Positions 23,895-35,175 of a stretch of 64,000 nucleotides of DNA are shown here, piece by piece. Below the pieces are notes generated by a model. That model had not been told where the DNA came from. It was given only the letters and a program-made list of their open reading frames with translations, and made no database searches. A program made the translations under genes and the position numbers. The stretch spans positions 57,536,001-57,600,000 of the forward strand of contig CM059430.1 in assembly GCA_030390025.1 (NCBI GenBank), given 5' to 3'. Source of the stretch: Squalus acanthias (lineage: Eukaryota). The first letter of the stretch is position 1, and every line of letters begins with the position of its first letter.

Positions 23895-26670
23895 ACCCAA
23901 TCATTTGGTGTTAACATTGAGATTATGGAAGGTTAATTTATCAGAGCTGAGAGATCAAAGTCTGTGGTTTTCGTGATGGTTCATTATGTCCTGTGCAACT
24001 CTAGAACGCAATGGGTAGATTTTATATGATGTATATCTCTGCACTGTAAACTCTTTGTCAGTAAAATAAAGGCTTATATTTCTGTAGCTGGAGTCACAGG
24101 GCACAATATCATTTCAGTTTAAGTCACATGGTAGACTCGATAGACACTCATGTATTAGATTCATTCACCTGCTTTTACACATAACCTTGCTTAAAACTTA
24201 AATTTTATTTCTATGATTGTTTGGAGGCTGTTGGTGTTCAGAAGATGTCTTAAAACGGTCAAGCTTCTCAAGTATTCACAGTAACTCCCATCTTATATGG
24301 TTCTCATTTAGAAATCAGTGAACAAATGGGCGGAAGAGCCTGTCTGCAGACAGCTGTATGGATAGTTTTCACACCCCGCATCAGGCTCTTACCTACAATC
24401 ATTCCTGTGGGAGGCAGTTAACCTCACCATCTCCTTTTTAAGCAGCATTGACAGTCGCAGACAACTTCTCTAATCGCATGTAACAGATTCACGTCACTGT
24501 GCACTTTGGTAAATCCAGATTGGAATTAACATGTGGTACTGATTCACGAGCCAGGTGAATAGTCTCAGTCAATACGTTGCTCCGTGCATGTTCCAAACTC
24601 TTGGCAAGTTCAGCACTCGCCAATTGTGCTGAGTAGTCCAGAGCTTTGCATGCTGCACCCTCTGGCTTGTATGGTATCAACCAGAGTGCAGAATCATGCC
24701 ATTAACTACCACGGTCACCTATTCTAATCCTGGATCCTGTGTCTTGGTGAGCTGCAGTGTGTCCATTTGATATCTGCATCAGATACGCCCTTCTCCAAAA
24801 TGCTGCTGGGGCCCTTTGAGCAATGAGAAACCATGTTTAATACTGGATTTTGGATGTGTGAATTGTCCATGTTTTTACAATGAGACTCGTGCAAAAGACA
24901 AGTGCCAATCGTTAGTGTTCTGCGGGCACAGGTATTGGAGTAGGACTTCACTAAATGTTCACTCACATATTGGGGCAGGCTTTGTGATGATTGCTATGCT
25001 AATATGTATTTCTACTGAATACAGGCAACGGACAGGTAGGTCACTTACCAGATCCAATGGCAGCCTCACGTGTGGAGCTGCAGTTGGTTATAACCTGATC
25101 ATGCAAGATATTTCCGAGGTGCGCTTCACTCCTGTTCAGTTAGTTGAGGTTTCCGACAGTGCTCCATTTTAGCTCTTGCAGCCCTTTTCAGGCCATTGTT
25201 TGCAATAGTCTTCTGCAGTTCTTGTCATTGTTCTAAATTCATCACATTTTTCATACATAGCTGGAAAACTAGCGAAAGGTGACCATCACTTCAAAAAAAG
25301 CCAAAAGCTCCAAAAATACTGATAGCTGAAAAATAGTTCTGAAATAGAGGCCTATGATATGTGAAGACAAGAAGTTAGACCGAGAGTGCAATGGGACACA
25401 AACTCGTCTAAACATAAGCTGTAAATATACAAAACATTGCATCACTTTATTGCAGTGCACACAAACACAGTTAGCAGCAATTGCAATTTGGAGCCTGCTG
25501 TAATTCTGAGTGAATCTATCTAATCTTTTAATTGAAGTAAAAATTCATCAGCACTCCAACCCCACGCCTCATTTTATTTCCAAGCCATAGCAATTGCACA
25601 AGTACAGCGACAGGAACTGTCAAATAAAACCCGTCAAGATATTCACACCAGTGAACACCCACCTTAACTCAAAAAAGCAGCTGCGTTGAGGAAAATAAAC
25701 CTTCACCAAAGACAAGAGTCAGCCATGTCCCAGAGATGTGCTTTGAGGAAAATAAAAAAGCTTTAAAAGTTCGTTTTAATTTGGTCATTTTTCTTTTTTC
25801 CAAAAATTCCAATTATACAGAGTTCAAATTGAGCAATTTCACTAAAACAGCATAATGTGTTTTGTGCATGATTTTAATCTGAGTTAATAGGTCATTTGAA
25901 TTAAGCAACTTGGAATTAAGAAGAATAATACTGCACATGGGGGGCAAGCACTAACATATCCCATAACTGTGACTCTTAGAAACCATCAGCTCCTTTTATA
26001 TTTTTCTGCCTCCAGTTTGTGCTCAATAAACAACCGGAGAAAGTAACATCTTTCAATGTTGGCCGCCAGTCAATCTGGTTCTGACCGGCTCTCGTTGCTC
26101 CTTCCAAATTATGGTTGGAAATCTGGCTGATCAGCCGAGTGGGAGGTTGAAGCTGCAGTCATTCCAAATGTTGGCATTCCACCACGCTTCTCTTTCTAAC
26201 CCGTGCTGTTTCTTATACATGTCATTACTGCTCTTCACCAAATGAAACCTCCTTCTCTGAGTTTGCACACTGTCTGCACACACAAGTGATGTTTCAGCTC
26301 TATTAGTGCAGAGCGCCACCCAGTGGCTAAGATAACAGCGGAAGGGACAGGGAAGCTGCTCTGCCTCAATCGTCTCACCCAGCAGTGTGAAGGAGGTGCA
26401 CGAACCCTGTACAGTCATTTACTCACGAGTCTTCATCAATCCTTTCATTTCAAGCGTGAATGAACCCGCTAAACCTCGCTCATTGGAAGCGGCTGAAAAG
26501 CATACTTTAATCTGCGTCAAATTGCAAAACTGTACATTGCTGCATGTTTAAACAGGTTTGCGATCTGTCTCACTCTCTTCAGTGGAGCCGTTGAGAGCCG
26601 GCAAGCAGTGAGTGCGGGAGACTATGCGGACACCCCACTCCCCCCGTAAACCGAACATCAACTGATTCTG

Positions 26671-27526
26671 TAGCAAAATACTGCGGATGCTGGAAAACTG
26701 AATTAACAACAGAAAGCGCTGGAAAAACTCAGCAGGCCAGGCAACATCCGTGGAGAGAGAAACAGAGTTAACGTTTCAGGTCGGAGACCCTTCGTCAGAA
26801 CTGAGAAAAAAGCAGGAAATGAAACATAAAAAAGCAAGTTTGGAGGCTGGGGGAGGGAATAAAAGAACAAAAGGGAAGGTCTGTGAGAAGTAAAGAGACA
26901 TTAAGAGATATTCATAGGACAGGTTAAGAAACAAAAGATGGCTCGAGATGAAGTGTGAAATGCTGGCAGAATGAAGGACAGCTGCCATGTGGGAGAGAGA
27001 AAAAAAGAAAAGGCACAAACCAAAAGTGTGGATAAAATATATATAAATGTGGTGGGGGCCGAGGTTATGATCTGAAATTGTTGAACTCGATATTGAGTCC
27101 GGAAGGCTGTAAAGTGCCTAATCGGAAGATGAGGTGCTGTTCCTCGAGCTTACGCTGAGCTTCCGTGGAACAATGCACGAGGCCGAGGACGGTGAGGTCT
27201 GAGTGGGAGTGGAGCGGTGAATTAAAATGACAAGCGACCGGAAGCTCGGGGTCACCCTTACGGACTGAACGGAGGTGTTCCGCAAAGCGGTCACCCAATC
27301 TGCGTTTGGTCTCCCCAATGTAGAGGAGACTGCATCGTGAGCAGCGAATACAGTATACTAGATTGCGAGAAGTACAAGTAAATCGCTGTTTCACCTGGAA
27401 GGGGTGTTTGGGGCCCTGGAGAGTGAGAAGGGGGGAGGTGTAAGGGCAGCTGTTGCATCTCCTGCGCTTGCACGGGAAGGTGCCGGGCGAAGGGGAAGGG
27501 TACTGGGGGTGATAGAGGAGTGGACT
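26671..27526 (-). mobile_element. 5'-truncated Penelope-like (Neptune-type) element, family B: GIY-YIG + pLTR
   Basis: CKRRRCNSCPY, NLVYCIRCSRCSLLYIGETKRRLGDRFAEH...GLN; 10-bp TSD ACTGATTCTG (26661-26670, 27527-27536). Confidence 0.9.
26766..26802 (-). ncRNA. Minimal hammerhead ribozyme motif (PLE family B)
   Basis: Reverse complement: agtt-CTGACGA-A-gggtc(tcc)gacct-GAAA-CG-TT-aact. Confidence 0.75.
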
Positions 27527-27780
27527 ACTGATTCTGGCCCGCTCGAACACTTGGAAGGACGCCAGGAAGTCACAGAGAGTTGGTAGGCCTGTCAGTGGGA
27601 GTCACTCTACACCCCAAAGTAGAAGTGGCAAAGAAAGAGGATCAAGATGTTCACGGATACATTTTTAAACTGTTATTTTATCAAAATCAGCCATTTTCCC
27701 CATTGATTTGTCTCCCCTCCGCAAAGCATTGACCCCTTGCTGGGGAACGATCCCTTGGCCACAGGGTCCCTCACCTCAAC

Positions 27781-28987
27781 AAGCATAAAATTACAAAAGG
27801 ATATTGATAGATTAAGTGAATGGGCAAAACTGTGGCAAATGGATTTCAATGTAAGCAAATGTGAGTTCATCCACTTTGGACCTAAAAAGGATAGAACAGG
27901 TACTTTCTAAATGGTGAAAAGCTAAAAACAGTGGAGGTCTAAAGAGACTTGGGTGTTCAGGTACATAGATCATTAAAATGTCATGAACAGGTACAGAAAA
28001 TAATCAAAAAGGCTAATGGAATGCTGGCCTTTATATCTAGAGGACTAGAGTACAAGAGCATAACTTAAGAAATAGGAGCAGGAGTAGGCCATTTGGCCCC
28101 TTGAGCCTTCTCCGCCATTCAATAAGATCATGGCTGATCTGATCTTGGCCTCAACTCCACTTTCCTGCCCGCTCCCCATAACCCTTGACTCCCCTATAGT
28201 TCAAGAATCTGTCTATTTCCACCTTAAATATATTCAATGACCCAGCCTCCACAGCTCTCTGAGGTAGAGAATTCCAAAGATTCACAACCCTTAGAGAAGA
28301 AATTCCTCCTCATCTCCGTTTTAAATGGGCAATCCCTTATTCTGAAACTATGCCTCCTAGTTCTAGATTCCCCCACGAGGGGAAACATCCTCTCTGCAAG
28401 GTGTTGAAGTTATGCTGCAGCTGTACAAAACCCTGGTTAGACCACACCTGGAGTACTGTGAGTGGTTCTGGGCACCACACCTTCGGAAGGATATACTGGC
28501 CTTGGAGGGAGTGCAGCGTAGGTTTACCAGAATGAAACCCGGACTTCAAGGGTTAAGTTACGAAGAGAGATTACACAAATTAGGGTTGTATTCCCTAGAA
28601 TTTAGAAGGTTAAGGGGTGATCTGATCGAAGTTTTCAGGATATTAAGGGGAACAGATGGGGTAGAGTGAAACTATTTCCACTGGTTGGGGATTCTAGGAC
28701 TAGGGGGCATAGTCTAAAAATTAGAGCCAGACCTTTCAGGAGTGAAATTAGGAAATACTTCTACTCACAGAGGGTGGTAGAAGTTTGGAACTCTCTTCCA
28801 CAAACGGCAATTGATGCTAGATCAATTGTTAATTTTAAATCGGATATTGATAGCTCTTTGTTAACCAAAGGTATTAAGGGATATGGGCCAAAGGCGGGTT
28901 TATGGAGTTAGATCACAGATCAGCCATGATCTCATTGAATGGCGGAAAAGGCTCGAGGGCTGAATGGCCGACTCCTGTTCCTATGTT
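27781..28987 (+). mobile_element. CR1 3' fragment interrupted by an antisense CR1 3' fragment (~28059-28397)
   Basis: WQMDFNVSKC, LVRPHLEYC...W; inner segment aagaaataggagcaggagtagg...ggaaacatcctctctgc is a reverse-oriented CR1 tail. Confidence 0.85.
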
Positions 28988-29543
28988 CGCAAGTAGCCAT
29001 TATTATTGCATCAGTCTATACAGTAGGTGTTGGGAGGCTATTCGACTATGGAGGGAACCTGAAACCATCTTATTCAACATCCGTGTCACGTGTGTTTTAA
29101 ACACTAGAAATATTCTCAGGTTCATTGTCGCTGGCCACTCCCACAAGTGTGATTCAGTCTGTTTCATTTTCTGTTCAGTATGTAGGTAAACAATAGCGAG
29201 ATTCTCCTTTCCTCGAAAAGCAGATTGAAGATGCGGTTTTACCAGACCAAGACTCTGGCTTTGAAACAATAGGTAACTTTATTTAGTTCAGACAAGTGAA
29301 TGAACAGTAAACCATCCAAGAGTGAATCTTACACTGCTCTACTCTCCCAGATACATAAAATAAGAAATCACTTATTTTCTCTCTAAACATAGAATTTAAA
29401 ACAAAAAGGTTACTTCTTAAACTGTGAAAGATGCCCTTACCTCTACGATAGCAAAATACTGCAGATGCTGGAAATCCGAAATAACAACAGAAAACGCTGG
29501 AAAAACTCAGCAGGCCAGGCAGCATCCGTGGAGAGAGAAAGAG

Positions 29544-29580
29544 AGTTGACGTTTCAGGTCGATGACCTTTCATCAGAACT
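29544..29580 (-). ncRNA. Minimal hammerhead ribozyme motif with GUC cleavage triplet (PLE family B)
   Basis: Reverse complement: agtt-CTGATGA-A-aggtc(atc)gacct-GAAA-C-GTC-aact. Confidence 0.8.
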
Positions 29581-29856
29581 GGGAAGAGCTGGAAATCAAA
29601 TAGATTTAAGGCCAGGGTAAAGCTGGGAAAAGGGGGAGGGGATAAAGGAACAAAGGAGGAGATGAAGAGACATTAAGAGACATTAAGAGATATGCAAGGC
29701 TAGAGGTGGTGTTAATGTGACAGATTAAGGCTGAATGAAGTGTGAAATCTACTGGCAGAATGAAGGACAGCTGCCAGCTTCTAGGAGGAAAAAAAAGGTG
29801 GGGGGGACAAATAAAAGGGTGGATAAAATAAAATATAAATGTGATTGGAGCTGAGG

Positions 29857-31680
29857 TTATGATCTAAAATTGTTGAACTCGATATTGAGTCCAGAGGGCT
29901 GTAGCGTGCCTAAACGAAAGATGAGGTGCTGTTCCTCGAGCTTACGCTGAGCTTCCGTGGAACAGTGTATTAGGCCGAGGACGGTGAGGTCAGAGTGGGA
30001 GTGAAGCGGTGAATTAAAGTGACAGGCCACCGGGAGCTCGGGGTCCCCCTTACGGACTGAACGGAGGTGTTCCGCAAAGCGGTCACCCAATCTGCGTTTG
30101 GTCTCCCCAATGTAGAGGAGTCCACATCGTGAGCAGCGAATACAGTATACTAAATTGCAGGAAGTACAAGTAAATCGCTGTTTCACCTGGAAGGGGTGTT
30201 TGGGGCCCTGGACAGTGGGAAGAGGGGAGGTATAAGGGCATGTGTTGCATCTCCTGCGCGTGCACGGGAAGGTGCCGGGCGAAGGGGAAGGGGTGCTGGG
30301 GGTGGTAGAGGAGTGGACTAGGGTGTCGCGGAGGGAGCGGTCCCTGCGGAATGCTGAAAGGGGAGGTGAGGGGAAGATGTGTTTGGTGGTGGGATCACGC
30401 TGGAGGTGGCGGAAATGGCGGAGGATGATCCGTTGAATGTGGAGGCTGGTGGGGTGAAAGGTGAGGACAAGGGGAACCCTATCGTGGTTCCGGGAGGGAG
30501 GGGCAGGGGTGAGGGCAGATGTGCGGGAGATAGAACGGACACGGTCGAGGGCCGTGTCGACCACGGTAGAGGGGAATCCTCGGTTGAGGAAAAAGGAAGA
30601 CATGTCGGTATGGAAGGTGGCATCATCAGAGCAGATGCGGCGGAGACGGAGAAACTGGGAGAATGGAATAGAGTCCTTACAGGAGGCGGGGTGGGAGGAA
30701 GTGTAGTCCAGGTAGCTGTGGGAGTCGGTGGGCTTGTAGTGAATGTTAGTCAATAACCTATCCCCAGAGATGGAGATGGAGAAGTCGAGGAAGGGAAGAG
30801 AAGAGTCGGAGATGGACCATGTGAAGGTGAGGGAAGGGTGGAAATTGGAAGCATAGTGAATGAAATGTTCTAGTTCAGGGCGAGAGCAGGAGACGGCACC
30901 GATACAGTCATCAATGTACCGGAAAAAGAGGTGAGGGAGGGGACCCGAGTAGGACTGGAACAAAGAGTGTTCCACATATCCCACGAAAAGGCAGGCATAG
31001 CTAGGACCCATGCGGGTACCCATAGCAACACCTTTAATTTGGAGGAAATGGGTAGAGTCAAAGGAGAAGTTGTTCAATGTGAGAACAAGTTCAGCCAGGC
31101 GGAGGAGGGTGGTGGTGGATGGGGACTGGTTGGGCCTCTGTTCAAGGAAGAAGCGGAGCGCCCTCAGGCCATCCTGGTGGGGAATGGAGGTGTAGAGGGA
31201 TTGTACGTCCATAGTGAAGAGGAGACGGTTGGGGCCGGGAAACTGGAAACTGTTAAAATGGCGGAGGGCATCGGAAGAGTCGCGGATGTAGGTGGGAAGA
31301 GACTGGACAAGGGGAGAAAAAATAGAGTCGAGATAGGAAGAGATAAGTTCCGTGGGGCAAGAACAGGCTGAAACGATGGGTCTACCGGGGCAGTCCTGTT
31401 TGTGGATCTTGGGAAGGAGGTAGAAGCGGGCTGTGCGGGGTTGGGGAACTATGAGGTTGGCGGCCGTGGGGGGAAGATCTCCAGAGGAGATGAGGTCAGT
31501 GACAGTCTTGGACACGGTGGCTTGATGTTCGGTAGTGGGGTCATGGTCCAGGTGGAGGTAGGAGGAGGTGTCAGAGAGTTGGCGTTCAACTTCCGCTAGG
31601 TAGAGGTCGGTTCGCCAAACAACAACAGCGCCACCCTTGTCAGCAGGTTTAATGACAATGTCAGGGTTGGATCGGAGAGA
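29857..31680 (-). CDS. Penelope-like RT + Cys-rich linker + GIY-YIG endonuclease (N-terminally truncated, 607 codons open)
   Basis: IKPADKGG, LPKIHK, GRPIVS, MDVQSLYTSI, GVAMGTRMGPSYA, RYIDD, FLD, CTRRRCNTC, VYCIRC...YIGET. Confidence 0.92.
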   Translation of the reverse strand, partial: SLRSNPDIVIKPADKGGAVVVWRTDLYLAEVERQLSDTSSYLHLDHDPTTEHQATVSKTVTDLISSGDLPPTAANLIVPQPRTARFYLLPKIHKQDCPGRPIVSACSCPTELISSYLDSIFSPLVQSLPTYIRDSSDALRHFNSFQFPGPNRLLFTMDVQSLYTSIPHQDGLRALRFFLEQRPNQSPSTTTLLRLAELVLTLNNFSFDSTHFLQIKGVAMGTRMGPSYACLFVGYVEHSLFQSYSGPLPHLFFRYIDDCIGAVSCSRPELEHFIHYASNFHPSLTFTWSISDSSLPFLDFSISISGDRLLTNIHYKPTDSHSYLDYTSSHPASCKDSIPFSQFLRLRRICSDDATFHTDMSSFFLNRGFPSTVVDTALDRVRSISRTSALTPAPPSRNHDRVPLVLTFHPTSLHIQRIILRHFRHLQRDPTTKHIFPSPPLSAFRRDRSLRDTLVHSSTTPSTPSPSPGTFPCTRRRCNTCPYTSPLPTVQGPKHPFQVKQRFTCTSCNLVYCIRCSRCGLLYIGETKRRLGDRFAEHLRSVRKGDPELPVACHFNSPLHSHSDLTVLGLIHCSTEAQRKLEEQHLIFRLGTLQPSGLNIEFNNFRS

Positions 31681-32269
31681 ATGCCCTTACCTCTATCTGA
31701 TCAAGCTCTTCTGTTGGTCAGAAAGTTACACACAGAGCTCTCTGGGTACTGGCTGCAAAATTGAAACTGACTATGGAGTGTTTATTTCCAGGCAAGGTTG
31801 TCCATAGAAATAGTTTTATTGAAACAAAGGCAATGGACGACTGCATCTTTCATAATTACATTAGATCAACCGCCATCCACAGAAAGCTTCATTATCAATA
31901 GTGAATGCCAAGCCAACCTTGGCCAATGACCAAGATGTTTGTGATTGAACATGATGACTGATCAATTATTGTAGGCTCCTTGGGCGTCCCATTGTGATTG
32001 CTATAGAAACTTGTACCCTGTGAAACCCATGCAACCAGCTTGTCTGAGCTCTGAGCTGACAGCTTTACTGTTGAGAAAATACCCTGAATTAACCTCGCAC
32101 ATACTGATTCTAGCCATAAAAAATCAAAATCAATACTTCAATTTGTCACAGTCTACAGAAGAGCACTTCCACCACAGCTTACTGGATAGCAACTAGAAGC
32201 AGGAACACTAATTGATTTCCTCTTCCCCAATCAAGGGCACTGAGGTCTAAAGTAACGCACTAAGTTAAC

Positions 32270-32700
32270 CAGTGGCTCAGTTGGTAGCACCCTCGCCTCT
32301 GAGTCAGAAAGCTGTGGGTTCAAATCCCACTCCAGGAGACTTGAGCACAAAAATCTAGGCTGACACTCCAGTGCAGTACTGAGGGACTGCTGCATTGTCA
32401 GAAGTGCCGTCTTTTGGATGAGACATTAAACCGAGGCCCCGTCTGCTCTCTCAGGTGGATGTAAAAGATCCCATGGCCACTATTTTGAAGAAGGGCATCC
32501 CCGGTGTCCTGGCCAATATTTATCACTAAAACAGATCATTGTCATATTGGTGTTTATGGGAGCTTGCTGTGTGCAAATTGGTGGCCACGTTTCCTACATT
32601 ACAACAGTGACTACACTTCAAAAAGTACTTCATTGGCTGTAAAGCATTTTGGGATGCCTGGTGGTCGTGAAAGGTGCTATATAAATGCAAGTCTTTCTTT
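32270..32700 (+). mobile_element. tRNA-derived SINE with Deu-like core (SacSINE1/DeuSINE-like)
   Basis: A box TGGCTCAGTTGG, B box GGTTCAAATCC, core gatgagacattaaaccgaggcccc...caggtggatgtaaaagatcccatggc, tail ending tatataaatgcaagtctttcttt. Confidence 0.85.
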
Positions 32701-32892
32701 CACTAGAGACACGGATCAAGCCTGGGACCTTCCTGGTCCATGCAGTTTAGCTACTCACTGGATAAATTTACTGAGCCATCAAGAAAACTCATTATTGAAC
32801 CGGTCTAAAAAATCTGATCTCCCCTGCACCGCACCCCGCCCCCATGATTTCCCAGGCTGGCACTTGAGGATGCCACAAGTCAGTAGATATTG

Positions 32893-33872
32893 ACCTGGAT
32901 TTTGCAGTCAGCGGCAAGCACCATCATTTCGCCACTGACCTCGGAAAAAAAAGCTGCCCACAAAGTTTTAGCAGGCTCTGTGGCGTCGATTTCCCTTTTT
33001 CCGATGTGACTTTCCATCTGGCGCTATCTATAGGGGATCTGTGGCGTCCAGCAAGAGTGATGTCATCAAGCAGGCTGAGCAGCCAATCACATGAAGAATT
33101 CTCACAGACCGCAAACCAGGAAGTAAAAAGCAGGTTTTATCATTCACTTTTTAATCATTTTACAGAAAGCGAAATAAAGTTTGGGACATAAACATGGGAT
33201 TAATGTAAAAGCTGAACTAAACATGGGATTAATGTAAAAGCTGAATATCAGAAACAATCATTAAAATATTTAAAAAAAAAATATTTTAAAAATCTATGGA
33301 ATTTTTATCATGGAATGGAAAGAACGACGCTCCACACGTATAAAGTTAGTTTTTCAGGGCCACAGAGGTCGTTCAGCAGTAATTATGACTTCGTGCCCCA
33401 TTAAAAACTCAGTTACACCTCATTCAACAAGGCTTAACTTGTTCAATGGTTTTTTTAAATTTGTTTTATGGGATGTGGGCGTCGCTGGCAAGGCCAGCAT
33501 TTATTGTCCATCCCTAAGTGCCCTTGAGAAGGTGGTGGTGAGCCGCCTTCTTCAACCGCTGCAGTCCGTGTGGTGAAGGTACTCCCACAGTGCTGTTAGG
33601 TAGGGAGTTCCAAGATTTTGACCCAGCGACAATGAAGGATCAGCGATATACTTCTAAGAGTATAGCGCGTAAAAAGTTGAAGTTCACGTCAAATCACTGA
33701 TTTCTAATTGATTCCATCTACGAAGACTGCAACAGCGCATCACTGACAGGAACCTCCGGATTTCCGCATTTAACTGCGTATGTGCGGACGCCAGAAGTTG
33801 CTGTCAGTTTTACACTGTAATGACGGCGAACCCTGACAGTTTCGCCGTCATTACAACCGCAAATTCCGAGCC
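32893..33872. mobile_element. Non-autonomous repeat with imperfect terminal inverted repeats, carrying an inserted LINE 3' tail (~33455-33657)
   Basis: Ends cctggattttgcagt / accgcaaattccgag; homologous to the 1120-7921 host element; the insert matches 44258-44460. Confidence 0.6.
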
Positions 33873-34111
33873 GAAATATTGCAATGTTCAGAAAGCATTA
33901 TGGCAAATTAAAAGTGAAAGCTCATGGAGATCAAAATATGCTGATTAGTTGACCAATGGGAAACAGAAAGTTCGGGATGGGGGAGTATGTAAAAAAGAAT
34001 CCCTCTCTGTAAGAGGTAGCAAGGGATAAAGATTATTCCTAGCTGTCACATCATATGAAGTTTCTACTCTATCAATGGGGATGTCAAACAGGAACTTCCC
34101 AAACATGAGGT

Positions 34112-34717
34112 TTAGGAAATTACACACGAGACCCCGGGCGGTTCGTTTCTCAGATGCTCTGGATGCAAGTTTCCTGGCTGGCTGCTTCTTTGCCGCTCTT
34201 GGCAAATGGCATCTCTTTCTGCTAATAAATGGTTCTGCAGTCTTAGAAATGCAAACTCATCCTGCAGGTCCCCTTTTTTACTGTAGACCTTTTTGCCGGT
34301 CAGCTTTTGCCTTTCAACTATCGGGCAACCTGTTAAAGCAGCTTGTCTTTCTCTGTGACGTCCATTTAACTCAAGGCACCGGTAACAAAATCGATGACTG
34401 CAATTGGGACACACTATATTTGGGCAAACTCCCTTGCAATATTCTGCTAACGCCTCACAGTTGGGGCAGGCCCGTATTTTGGGACATCCATACACTGCAC
34501 TAGCCTTGTCTTCGATTGTACTGCAGCCCAGAAGCAGTGCTGTCACACTGCAGGATTCATTACCGCAGCTGTCACTCTGCACACCAGCATTCTTCCACTC
34601 CCTCAGACAGTCCCAGCAGAACTGAGAGACTTTCTTTGATCTCTCTGAGCAAGGCAGACACTGAACACACAGCTTCTCCAGATCCATTCTCTGTACATAG
34701 AGACCGCAGTCTGGACA
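34112..34717 (-). CDS. RBR-type E3 ubiquitin ligase-like gene, last exon (IBR + RING2)
   Basis: Acceptor ttttgtccctcag, phase 0; CPDCGLYVQR...CLPC...FCWDCLREW; RACPNCEALAE...GVCPNIVCPNCSHRFCYRCL; resembles the fish small-RBR (ARIH-like, DDB_G0292642-like) family. Confidence 0.88.
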   Translation of the reverse strand, partial: CPDCGLYVQRMDLEKLCVQCLPCSERSKKVSQFCWDCLREWKNAGVQSDSCGNESCSVTALLLGCSTIEDKASAVYGCPKIRACPNCEALAEYCKGVCPNIVCPNCSHRFCYRCLELNGRHRERQAALTGCPIVERQKLTGKKVYSKKGDLQDEFAFLRLQNHLLAERDAICQERQRSSQPGNLHPEHLRNEPPGVSCVIS

Positions 34718-34957
34718 CTGAGGGACAAAATGAGAAAAGGAATTAGTGACACAAATGTATCTATTTATGTTTGGTGTACGAATTGGGGGAAAATGAAATT
34801 AGAACTGAAAAATGAAGAACTATATCGTCTACATTTTGGCTTGATTTCCTCAGCTTGACATCTCCTGTTTCACCACACAGAACTACTCCAACATTAGCCC
34901 ACTGATCCTGTTCCTGATTTTGGCATCTTGGATTCTCTGCCATGTGTTAATTATTGA

Positions 34958-35175
34958 TAGGAACATAGGAATAGGAGTAGGCTATTCAGCCCCTCAAGCC
35001 TGCTCTGCCATTCAATTAGATCATGGTTGACCTGCAGCTCAACTCCATTTACCCACCTTAGCTCCGTATCCCTTGATATGCTTACCTAACAAAAATCTAT
35101 CTATCTCAGTCTTGAAAGCTCCAATTGTCCCAGCATCCACAGCCTTTTAGAAGAGAGAATTCCAGATTTCTATTC
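34958..35175 (-). mobile_element. CR1 3' fragment
   Basis: aggaacataggaataggagtaggc...cattcaattagatcatgg tail. Confidence 0.75.

Larger units (their letters stand above)
29446..31680 (-). mobile_element. Young 5'-truncated Penelope-like (Neptune-type) retroelement, family B
   Basis: 15-bp TSD ATGCCCTTACCTCTA (29431-29445, 31681-31695); pLTR with hammerhead; uninterrupted ORF. Confidence 0.95.

Noticed and set aside
30242-31599. Several + strand ORFs
   Set aside because: Antisense shadows of the Penelope RT ORF; the same applies to ORFs opposite CR1 fragments.
32270-32345. tRNA gene
   Set aside because: The A/B boxes continue into a SINE core and tail that recur at 47347 and 52455.
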